Shown here one piece after another: positions 23,690 through 31,892 of a stretch of 64,000 bases of DNA. The first letter of the stretch is position 1. Every line of letters starts with the position of its first letter. The DNA is taken from NCBI GenBank assembly GCA_965249135.1, contig OZ252220.1, positions 288,001-352,000 on the forward strand, in the 5' to 3' direction. A model generated the notes under the pieces. It saw only the letters and a program-made list of their open reading frames with translations, made no database searches and was not told the DNA's origin. The position numbers were made by a program, and so were the translations under genes. Source of the stretch: Alphaproteobacteria bacterium (lineage in GTDB: Bacteria > Pseudomonadota > Alphaproteobacteria > GCA-2746255).

Positions 23690-25483
23690 ATGGTGAAGCC
23701 CCCCTCGGGCGACAGTTTCCTGGACGTGGAACGCTCCCTCTTGGGAAAGCAGTGGTGTGTGCGGCTTGCGGATGCGCGGATCGGCATGGCGCTGGCGCAA
23801 CGCCTGAATTTGCCGGAAATCGTCGGCCGGGTGCTTGCCGCACGGGGCGTCCATCCCGAAGAAGTGGACAGCTTTTTCGAGCCGACGCTGAAGAATTTGC
23901 TCCCGAACCCTTCCCATCTGAAGGACATGGACGTGGCCACCACACGGCTTGTCCGCGCCATCCGCGAGCGCGAGCAGGTGGCCGTCTTCGCCGATTACGA
24001 CGTCGATGGGGCCACCTCCGCGGCGCTCCTTGAGCGTTTCTTCCGGGCCGCCGGCGCTCCCCTTCGCGTCTACGTTCCGGACCGGCTCAAGGAAGGCTAC
24101 GGGCCGACGGCCGAGGCGCTGCTTCGCCTGCATGGGGAAGGCGTTTCTACCGTTATCACCGTCGACTGTGGCACGACGGCCTTTTCGGCGTTGGAGGCGG
24201 CGGCAGGTGCCGGCCTCGATGTCGTCGTCGTCGATCACCACATCAGCGAGCCGCGGCTCCCCATGGCCCATGCGATCATCAATCCGAACCGCCTGGACGA
24301 GGAAAGCCCCCATCGCGCGCTTGCCGCCGTCGGCGTCACCTATCTCCTGATCGTGGCGATCAACCGCCGGCTTCGTGAGACGGGTTGGTACGAAGGCCGC
24401 GCCGAGCCGGACCTGCTTGCATGGCTCGATCTGGTCGCCCTCGGCACGGTCTGCGACGTGGCGCCGCTCATCGGGCTCAATCGCGCCTTCGTCACCCAAG
24501 GCTTGAAGGTCGCAGCCAAACGCGGCAATCCCGGCATCGCAGCACTCGCCGACGTGGCAGGGCTCGAGACACGGCCTACCGCCTATCACTTGGGCTTCCT
24601 CCTTGGCCCCCGGGTGAACGCGGGCGGCCGGGTCGGCGAATCGGCCCTCGGCGCCAGGCTGCTTGCGACGGAGGACGCCCTGGAAGCAAACGAACTTGCC
24701 GCCCATCTCGATGCCTTGAACGGCGAGCGCAAACGGATCGAAGCAGCCGTCCTTGACGAGGCGATTGCCGAGATCGATGGCGCGGGCGAGACCGGCGCGA
24801 TTGTCTTCGCTTGTGGAGAAGGCTGGCACCCAGGCGTTGCCGGCATCGTCGCGAGCCGGCTCAAGGAACGCTACAACCGGCCGGCCTTCGTCGCCGCCCT
24901 CAACGATGGGATGGCGATCGGCTCCGGCCGCTCGGTGCCCGGTGTCGATTTGGGAAGCGCGGTGCTGGCGGCCCGCCAGGCAGGGCTCGTCCGCACCGGT
25001 GGCGGCCATGCGATGGCGGCCGGCTTCACCGTGGAAGCGGACGGGCTCGACGCGCTTTGTGCCTTCCTCGATGGGCGCATCGGAGCGGCGCTCGAAAGTG
25101 CGGGCTTCGTGCCCTCGCTTGGTTTCGACGGCGCGCTCACCCCAGCCGCGGCGACGCCGGAATTCGTCCACCTTCTTGAACGCCTCGGCCCGTTTGGTCC
25201 CGGCAATGCGGAACCCCGCTTTGCCTTCGCAAACGCGCGCGTCGCTTTTTCTGAAATCGTCGGCGACGATCACGTCCGCTGCGTGATCACGGATGCGGAA
25301 GGCGGCGGACGCATGAAGGGGATCGCCTTTCGAAGCGCCGACACGGAACTGGGCCGCGCCCTGCTCGATCGGGGAGGCGTGTCGCTCCATCTGGCCGGTC
25401 ATCTAAGGGCCGATCGCTGGCAGGGAAGGGACGACGTTCAGCTCTTCATCGAGGACGCCGCGATCGCCCGCCCCGCCACCTGA
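23690..25483 (+). CDS. recJ: Single-stranded-DNA-specific exonuclease RecJ
   Basis: DYDVDG, DHH, GGGHAMAAG, GPFGPGN. Confidence 0.96.
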   Translation: MVKPPSGDSFLDVERSLLGKQWCVRLADARIGMALAQRLNLPEIVGRVLAARGVHPEEVDSFFEPTLKNLLPNPSHLKDMDVATTRLVRAIREREQVAVFADYDVDGATSAALLERFFRAAGAPLRVYVPDRLKEGYGPTAEALLRLHGEGVSTVITVDCGTTAFSALEAAAGAGLDVVVVDHHISEPRLPMAHAIINPNRLDEESPHRALAAVGVTYLLIVAINRRLRETGWYEGRAEPDLLAWLDLVALGTVCDVAPLIGLNRAFVTQGLKVAAKRGNPGIAALADVAGLETRPTAYHLGFLLGPRVNAGGRVGESALGARLLATEDALEANELAAHLDALNGERKRIEAAVLDEAIAEIDGAGETGAIVFACGEGWHPGVAGIVASRLKERYNRPAFVAALNDGMAIGSGRSVPGVDLGSAVLAARQAGLVRTGGGHAMAAGFTVEADGLDALCAFLDGRIGAALESAGFVPSLGFDGALTPAAATPEFVHLLERLGPFGPGNAEPRFAFANARVAFSEIVGDDHVRCVITDAEGGGRMKGIAFRSADTELGRALLDRGGVSLHLAGHLRADRWQGRDDVQLFIEDAAIARPAT

Positions 25484-25560
25484 AGGCGCGTGGTAAGGCT
25501 TGGATAGGCTTGATTTTCAAGGCTTCCAGGTTTAGATACAGGCGCGCGCTCGTTTGGCTC

Positions 25561-25635
25561 GACCCCATCGTCTAGAGGTTAGGACTCCACTCTTTCAAGG
25601 TGGTAACACGGGTTCGAATCCCGTTGGGGTCACCA
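25561..25635 (+). tRNA. tRNA-Glu(TTC)
   Basis: GACCCCA acceptor stem, anticodon loop CT-TTC-AA, GTTCGAATC, CCA end. Confidence 0.96.
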
Positions 25636-25852
25636 ATGAAATCAAATGGTTATTGCTGAGTTCCTTGAGCGAGGGGCTGCTTTGGGTATTTTTGGCTAAT
25701 AAGCAAAACCGTATCCAGGGCTAATCGCCAAGCATGAAGGTCTTGGGGCCCCATATTGGCCGATCCGAAAGGGCCGCCGCCGAAAAACGGGACTCCGATG
25801 CGCGGACAACGGAGGCCCGCCCTGGGGTAAGGCTTATCTGGGCCCGCGCGCA

Positions 25853-26311
25853 TTATGGATTTTTCTTCCTCCACTCCCAAGGTGGAACGAACTCACCCCT
25901 CCACATGCCGCGCTTAGCCTCTTGCGCCTCACTCTCAGCATCTACGTAATCCATTGAATATTTTCGGTAGGCAAGCGCCCAGCCGGTGTAGACCATGTTT
26001 TTACCAATATCGAAGCCATTCGCGAAACAAACCGCGGCCGTTCGCCCATAACGATCCGTATTTTTCTTGACATACAACCTTAGCCCTAGCCACTAGATCC
26101 ATGTGGTCTTTACTATTTCACCACATGGGATGGTCTTCTTAGGCCACTCACACGTCTGGTCTAGCTCTGGCGCATCAATGCCAAAGAAACGAATTCTTTC
26201 ACTTTTTATTGCTAGGGTATCCCCGTCGATGACGCGGGCGGAGCCCATGATGTCGCCCGCCGTAACCGGTGTGGCAATGAGCAAGACGATGGCTAGAACA
26301 AAGCGCACCAT
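25853..26311 (-). pseudogene. Thermonuclease (SNase-like) family protein, disrupted
   Basis: Signal peptide, VIDGDT, IRFFGIDAPE, DRYGR, PWEWR; stop at 26093-26095 inside a short frame-shifted segment whose alternative frame reads MDLVARAKVVCQEK. Confidence 0.85.
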
Positions 26312-26406
26312 CGGGTGATAGTAGTAAAGAAAAGCCTCACTCAAGTGGGGCTTAATAGGGCCGTGTTTCCGTTGTAGCCTTGGGAAGTTTTGCCAGAGAG
26401 AAGAAC

Positions 26407-27234
26407 ATGAAACGGTTGGTTCTAACCGCATTCCTCTTCGTGCTGGTCAGTGCAACCCCGTCGTTCGCGGATCTTTTAGTGAATCCAGCGGATCTTTTAA
26501 TGGATCCACTAGAGGATGGGGTGCAAGCATATTTGAAAAAAGATTATGTAAAAGCGCTTTATCTATTGAAACCACTTGCAGAACAGAAAAACGCAGAAGC
26601 GCAGTTCTACCTCGGGACCATGTACAAGAATGGCTGGGGAGTTTCGCAGAACTATGCTTGGGCTGTGAAGTGGTACCAAAAAGCGGCGGAACAGGGACAA
26701 GTGAATGCGCAGTACAACCTAGGGTTCATGTACAATAATGGCGTGGGCATGCCGGAGAACTATGCAGAGGCGATGAAGTGGTACCGAAAAGCGGCGGAGC
26801 AGAAACACGCAAAGGCGCAGTACAGCCTCGGGACCATGTACGACCAAGGCTATGGCGTTCCGCAGGACTATACCAAGGCCAAGAAGTGGTATCGAAAAGC
26901 GGCGGAGCGGAAACACGCAAAGGCGCAGAACAACCTCGGGCTCATATACGACCAAGGCTATGGAGTTCCGCAGGACTATGCCAAGGCCAAGAAGTGGTAC
27001 CGAAAAGCGGCGGAACAGGGAGAAGCAATTTCGCAATTCAACCTCGGGTTCATGTGCCACCAAGGCCATGGAGTTCCGCAGGACTATATCCAAGCGCATA
27101 TGTGGTACAATCTCTCCGCAGCGCAGAGCATAACAAATGCCGCAAAGAATCGAGACCCCATTGCAAAAGACATGACGCCCGCGCAGATTGCGGAAGCGCA
27201 GAAGCTAGCGCAGGAGTGGAAGCCGAAGTGGTAA
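26407..27234 (+). CDS. Secreted Sel1-like repeat protein
   Basis: Signal peptide; five 36-aa repeats AQxxLGxMYxxGxGVPQDYxxAxxWYxKAAEQ. Confidence 0.93.
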   Translation: MKRLVLTAFLFVLVSATPSFADLLVNPADLLMDPLEDGVQAYLKKDYVKALYLLKPLAEQKNAEAQFYLGTMYKNGWGVSQNYAWAVKWYQKAAEQGQVNAQYNLGFMYNNGVGMPENYAEAMKWYRKAAEQKHAKAQYSLGTMYDQGYGVPQDYTKAKKWYRKAAERKHAKAQNNLGLIYDQGYGVPQDYAKAKKWYRKAAEQGEAISQFNLGFMCHQGHGVPQDYIQAHMWYNLSAAQSITNAAKNRDPIAKDMTPAQIAEAQKLAQEWKPKW

Positions 27235-27266
27235 AAGCCACATAGGCTGTGCAGCTATCCCGTGCC

Positions 27267-27323
27267 AGGACTTCACTCTTCTTCAAGATCCTAATACGGG
27301 TTCGAATCCTGTCGGGCTCACCA
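27267..27323 (+). pseudogene. Degenerate tRNA-Glu 3' fragment
   Basis: aggacttcactcttcttcaagatcctaatacgggttcgaatcctgtcgggctcacca aligns with the last ~55 nt of tRNA-Glu; anticodon stem broken, 5' end absent. Confidence 0.7.
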
Positions 27324-27347
27324 TTTAAACAGGCACGCGAACAACTT

Positions 27348-27620
27348 ATGCCTTCCTTCGATATCGTTTCCCGTACCGACTTGGCCGAAGTCGACAACGC
27401 CGTGCAGGGCGCATCGCGCGAGATCGCGACGCGCTACGACTTCAAGGGCAGCAAATGCTCGATCGGGCGGGCCGAGAACACGCTCACCATCAAGGCGGAC
27501 GACGATTTCAAGCTGAAGCAGGTGCAGGAACTGTTGCGCGTCTATCTGGCCCGGCGCAAGGTGGACGCCGGCGCGTTTCCGGCCCACCGCGTTAGGCTCG
27601 AACCGATAGGGCGAGTGTAA
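27348..27620 (+). pseudogene. yajQ: YajQ family protein, 5' half only
   Basis: MPSFDIVS..EVDNAV..RYDFKGS; similarity ends at ~aa 77 of an expected ~160. Confidence 0.85.
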
Positions 27621-27714
27621 TAAGCCAAGTGTTCTCAGCTTTATCCCGTTGGGGTCACCACGCTTTTCAAGTCGGCGTCTTGACTTGCGGCAAGTCAATC
27701 CTATGGTTTCGTCC

Positions 27715-28391
27715 GTGAGTTTCCGACGTACGACCATCCTCTTCGATGTAGACGGCACCCTGATCGACAGCGCCGCTGACTTGCAGGCTGCCTTCAACAA
27801 ATTGCTGACGGCGGCGGGGCATGACCCGATTGCGCGTGAGGAGATGTTGCCCCTTTTGAAGGGGCATGCGCCGGATCTCGTTTCGGGAGCCTTCAGGTTG
27901 CGCGGGGAGGCGCTTTCCAAGGACGCGCTCGAAGAAAAGGTTAAACTATTCCGTCAGTACTTTGAATACCCCGAGCCGCAATTGACGGCACCCTATCCAG
28001 GCGTGATGGAAACGTTGGCGGCCCTGCGGGAAGCGGGCCTGCGCCTTGCTGTCTGTTCGAACAAGCCGAAAGCCTCTGCCGTCCGCACGCTCGCCATGAC
28101 CGGGCTGGATGAGACTATTTTGAATTCGTAGCCGGCGGCGATAGCTTCGGCGGTACGAAGAAGCCCGAGGCCGAACATGTGTTGAAAACGCTGGAGGCGG
28201 TGGGGGCATCGCCGGAAGAAGGCACCTTTGTTGGTGATACGGACGTCGACGTTGAAGCGGCGCGCAACGCGGGCATCCCGCACGCGTTCTGCAGTTACGG
28301 GTATTCCACGCTGCGCCCTGACGAACTCGGCGTCGAGATTGTAATCAATGAATTCAGCGAATTACTCGACGTGCTTCGCACGCTGGACTAA
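27715..28391 (+). pseudogene. HAD hydrolase (phosphoglycolate phosphatase-like), frameshifted
   Basis: FDVDGTLIDS, CSNK; frameshift near 28112, then DYFEFVAGGD..KKPE..VGDTDVD in the other frame. Confidence 0.85.
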
Positions 28392-28830
28392 ATCCTTTAA
28401 CGAAGATCGGCCAACGTCGTCCACTCCTTATCCTCTCCCTTATCTAAAAATTAGGCCGTGTGCATACGCGCGCAATTTGACGTTGCGCATGTGTGCGCAA
28501 CGCTGCCGCCATACCTTGGCATGCAACTTCGTGAAGATGTCTCCCCATAACAACGGACTAGACCCATGGCCTTAGTGAAAAAGTCTTAACCCCGGCGCAT
28601 GTTTTACCGGGCGTGAAAGACGGCGAACGGTGATCATTTTATCGTTTTTTAAGAGTAACCATGGAAATGTGAATGCGTTCAAAGGAAACGAAAAACCTAT
28701 GACGGAAATCATTCATCACGCTGAATGCGTGATGGGGCACATCTCAGGGGGGGGGCCTCCGGAATGCAGGTGCGTTGCGCTCGCCGCCCTGCCTTCGACG
28801 CTATCTCCAACCGATGGAGCAATCACACTT

Positions 28831-30054
28831 ATGGCAAAGGCACAAAATACCCTCACGGCATTGGCAAAGAATCTCCGCAAGCATCGGGAGGAAATTCTCA
28901 ATGATTGGACGAAAGCCGAACTCGAACTTGTCGGTCTGAAGAATGCCGACATCGATACCGCGACCCTCCGGCACCAGTCCGCCGGTGTTCTCGAAGGCTT
29001 CTTAAGTCTGGTCGAAAGCGGCGAGATCGACGACCTCGATGGCCCGTTCTTCCGGTTGGTCCCGGAAGAGATAGCCGAGATCGCCAGGTGGCAGGTGAAG
29101 GCCCAGGTGCCGCTGCGTACGATGGGCCAATCGCTCTATTCGCTTAAGGGCGTACTGAAAAGACATCAGAAGAGCAATGGCAAGTACAACGTCGACGTCC
29201 TCTTTCCCGTGATCGACAATCTGGTTTCCGCCGCCTTTGAGTATTACCTCGACGCGCGCGAATCCTTTATTAGTGCCGTCGTGGAAACCGCGGCGGACGG
29301 CATCGTTACGATCAATTCAAAGGGCATCGTGCAAAGCTTCAACAGGGCGGCAGAGGGGATGTTCGGTTACGGCAGCGCCGAGGTGATCGGCCAAAACGTC
29401 TCGATGCTGATGCCGAAGCCCTATTGCGACGAGCACGACGATTACGTCGCGAACTATCTGCACACGGGAGAGGCGAAGATACTTGGCTCCAAACGAGCGG
29501 TCCACGGCCGGCGCAAGGACGGCAGCGTCTTTCCGATGGAGCTTGGCGTTCGAGAAGTCAGGAGCGTTGGTGAACACACCTTTTCGGGGGTCGTCCGTGA
29601 CTTGACGGAACTCAAAGAGGCCCAAGAGGCACTCGTCCGTCAGACGAAAGACATCATGGAGTTCTCGACCCCGGTGATCACGGTATGGAAAGACGTTCTG
29701 GCGCTGCCCCTCATCGGGACCCTCGACACGGTGCGAACCGAGAAAATCACCGAAAAGACGTTGACGCGTATGGGTCGGGAAAAGGCTCGCGTGCTGATCA
29801 TCGACATCACCGGCGTGCCCGTCGTCGACACGATGGTCGCGAATCATCTAATCCGCATGGCTTCGTCGATCCGGCTGATGGGTGGACATTGCATCCTCAC
29901 CGGGATCAGCCCCTCGACCGCCATTACGATCGTCGGTCTGGGCGTCGATCTTACGAAGTTGAGCACCCGCTCCAATCTCGCGAAGGGGCTGGAGCTCGCC
30001 ATGGAAATCGTCGGGGTAAGCGGTAAACCTCCGAAGAGCGAGGAGCGCGCATGA
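28831..30054 (+). CDS. rsbR: RsbR-like stressosome sensor: helical N-domain + FixL-like PAS + STAS
   Basis: STAS with PLIGTLDT and VPVVDTMVA; PAS with LMPKPYCDEHDDY..GRRKDGSVFPMEL. Start could be further upstream (ORF open from 28630). Confidence 0.9.
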   Translation: MAKAQNTLTALAKNLRKHREEILNDWTKAELELVGLKNADIDTATLRHQSAGVLEGFLSLVESGEIDDLDGPFFRLVPEEIAEIARWQVKAQVPLRTMGQSLYSLKGVLKRHQKSNGKYNVDVLFPVIDNLVSAAFEYYLDARESFISAVVETAADGIVTINSKGIVQSFNRAAEGMFGYGSAEVIGQNVSMLMPKPYCDEHDDYVANYLHTGEAKILGSKRAVHGRRKDGSVFPMELGVREVRSVGEHTFSGVVRDLTELKEAQEALVRQTKDIMEFSTPVITVWKDVLALPLIGTLDTVRTEKITEKTLTRMGREKARVLIIDITGVPVVDTMVANHLIRMASSIRLMGGHCILTGISPSTAITIVGLGVDLTKLSTRSNLAKGLELAMEIVGVSGKPPKSEERA

Positions 30055-30485
30055 GCCAGATTCCCATCCTCCAGGTCGGCCCGGTGCTGCTGGTCTCGAT
30101 CCAGGTCGAACTGAACGATCGCGTGGCGAGTGAGCTTCAGAAATCCATTCTCATGCGAATCAAGGAGACCGATGCCGTCGGAACCCTGATCGATATCACC
30201 GCCTTGGATCTTGTCGATTCCTTTATTGGCCGCGTGCTCAACGAAACGGCGCGTATGGCAAGCATCATGAATATCAAAGTCGTGCTCGTCGGCATGCGTC
30301 CGACCGTGGCGATGACTTTTCTGGAGATGGGTCTTGAGCTCGACGGCATCGAAACCGAAAGCGATGTCGAGACGGGTCTTCGGGCGCTGGGTTACCAATT
30401 GACGGAAATCCACACCAGGAATAGTGAAGCGCCCCCCCCCGATAGCCGTTCTCTGCCAAGTGTGCCCGATCATGGATACGTATGA
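30051..30485 (+). CDS. rsbS: RsbS-like STAS scaffold
   Basis: IPIL..LLVSIQVELND, DLVDSFIG, VGMRPTVAMT. Confidence 0.93.
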   Translation: MSQIPILQVGPVLLVSIQVELNDRVASELQKSILMRIKETDAVGTLIDITALDLVDSFIGRVLNETARMASIMNIKVVLVGMRPTVAMTFLEMGLELDGIETESDVETGLRALGYQLTEIHTRNSEAPPPDSRSLPSVPDHGYV

Positions 30486-30858
30486 AATTCATTCAGAAGA
30501 CGACATCGTCCTGACCCGGCAGGCGGCCAGAAAATATGCCGATGAACTTCATTTCTCGGTTCCCGACAAGACGCGGGTTGCGACCTCGGTAAGCGAACTG
30601 GCGCGCAATACATTGGTGCATGGCGGCGGCTATATGGAGATGCAACGGGCGGAGAATGGAAGCACCATAGGGATACGCCGCATCTTTGTTGACGAGGGGC
30701 CCGAAATTCCGGACATCGAACGCGCCGTCAAGGACGGCTTCACGACGGACAATAGCCTTGGGCAGGGCCTGCCCGGCACGAAGCGTCTGATGGACGACTT
30801 CAAAATCACCTCCACGGTTGGTGAGGGGACGAGGGTTGAGATCGTCAAATGGAAGTGA
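30472..30858 (+). CDS. rsbT: RsbT-like Ser/Thr kinase
   Basis: DIVLTRQ, SELARN, GLPGTKRLMDDF, GEGTRVEIVKW. Confidence 0.92.
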   Translation: MDTYEIHSEDDIVLTRQAARKYADELHFSVPDKTRVATSVSELARNTLVHGGGYMEMQRAENGSTIGIRRIFVDEGPEIPDIERAVKDGFTTDNSLGQGLPGTKRLMDDFKITSTVGEGTRVEIVKWK

Positions 30859-31892
30859 CGAAATTTTCCGTTCGGTGTGAATCCGATGTTGGTCACGTCC
30901 GGCGCGGTGCGCAACGGGTGGCCGAGGACCTCGGCTTTGATTCGAGGGCGGTGTCCGAGATCGGCACCGCCCTCACCGAGCTTGCCACGAATTTGATTCG
31001 TCATCAGGCGGTCAACGGCCGGATCGTTCTGCAACGAATCGACGGCGAAGACGGTTTGGGCATCGAATGCATCATTCAGGACTTCGGCCCCGGGATCGAG
31101 GACCCCAAAGCCGCCTTGCGGGATTGCGAGACGACCCTCGACCGATCGATGGGCTGCGGGTTGGGTGTGGTGCGGCGTCTGATGGACGAGTTCGATTTGT
31201 ATACCCGCGCGTCTTCGGACCTCGCCGGGCCGTCGCCCACGCTTTGGGGGCCGGCCGGCACGCTGATCACGACCCGTAAATACCTTCGGGCAGCGCCCGA
31301 GATCGGACGGTTCGCCTGCAGCGTTGCCACCCGGCCCCACCCACGCGAAACGTTCAATGGCGATGATTCCCTGATCCTCTTCCGAGACGACGATTTGCTG
31401 ATAGCCGTGGCCGACGGGCTGGGCCATGGCGAGGATGCGGCAGATGCAAGCCGGCAGGCGATCGCCTATATCCGGGAGCACGCAGACGATGATCTTTCCA
31501 GGATTTTCGAAGGGTTGCACGGACGCCTGCACAAAACCCGAGGGGTGGCCCTTAGTTTGATGCGGATCCACCCGAAAGAACGGACCCTGTTGCATGCCGG
31601 AGTCGGGAACGTCGAAACGCGGTTCTATCTAGACACGCCGTCCGGCTTGGCGGGCAAGCCTGGCATGGTGGGCGCCAACCCGCCGACGCCGCCGCGGATC
31701 CAAGAAGTCCCTTGGCCGGCCGGCGGCATGTTGATCAGCTTCACGGATGGCATCCGCCGCCGTTGGAGCCTCGAGAAAATGCCCGACCTGCTAAGGCGTC
31801 CCGTGACGATGGTGGGTCAGTTGCTGTTGCGCGCCTATGGGAAAGATCACGACGATGCCACCGTCGTAGTGGTGCGAGAAGGATTGCAATGA
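30855..31892 (+). CDS. RsbT-like HATPase fused to SpoIIE/PP2C phosphatase (RsbX-like)
   Basis: TELATN, DFGPGI, GCGLG; then NGDD, VADGLGHG, TDGI, DDATVVV. Confidence 0.88.
   Translation: MTKFSVRCESDVGHVRRGAQRVAEDLGFDSRAVSEIGTALTELATNLIRHQAVNGRIVLQRIDGEDGLGIECIIQDFGPGIEDPKAALRDCETTLDRSMGCGLGVVRRLMDEFDLYTRASSDLAGPSPTLWGPAGTLITTRKYLRAAPEIGRFACSVATRPHPRETFNGDDSLILFRDDDLLIAVADGLGHGEDAADASRQAIAYIREHADDDLSRIFEGLHGRLHKTRGVALSLMRIHPKERTLLHAGVGNVETRFYLDTPSGLAGKPGMVGANPPTPPRIQEVPWPAGGMLISFTDGIRRRWSLEKMPDLLRRPVTMVGQLLLRAYGKDHDDATVVVVREGLQ

Larger units (their letters stand above)
25618..27660. mobile_element. ~2 kb tRNA-Glu-integrated islet remnant (no integrase)
   Basis: 18-bp direct repeat ATCCCGTTGGGGTCACCA at 25618-25635 and 27643-27660; cargo looks more AT-rich than the flanks. 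Confidence 0.8.

Noticed and set aside
21242-25402. Long antisense ORFs (486 aa, 621 aa) and similar ones opposite thiC, hppA and btuB
   Set aside because: Shadow frames typical of GC-rich coding DNA; no recognisable motifs.
26590-27130. 108-bp periodic DNA repeats as a non-coding array
   Set aside because: Fully explained by 36-aa Sel1 repeats in an open frame.
27267-27323. Functional extra tRNA
   Set aside because: No 5' acceptor strand or D-arm, and the anticodon stem does not pair.
27680-27698. FNR/FixK box
   Set aside because: Spacing is TTGAC-N9-GTCAA, not TTGAT-N4-ATCAA.
28516-28532. Sigma54 promoter for the stressosome operon
   Set aside because: TGGCATG is present but the -12 position reads CG rather than GC.
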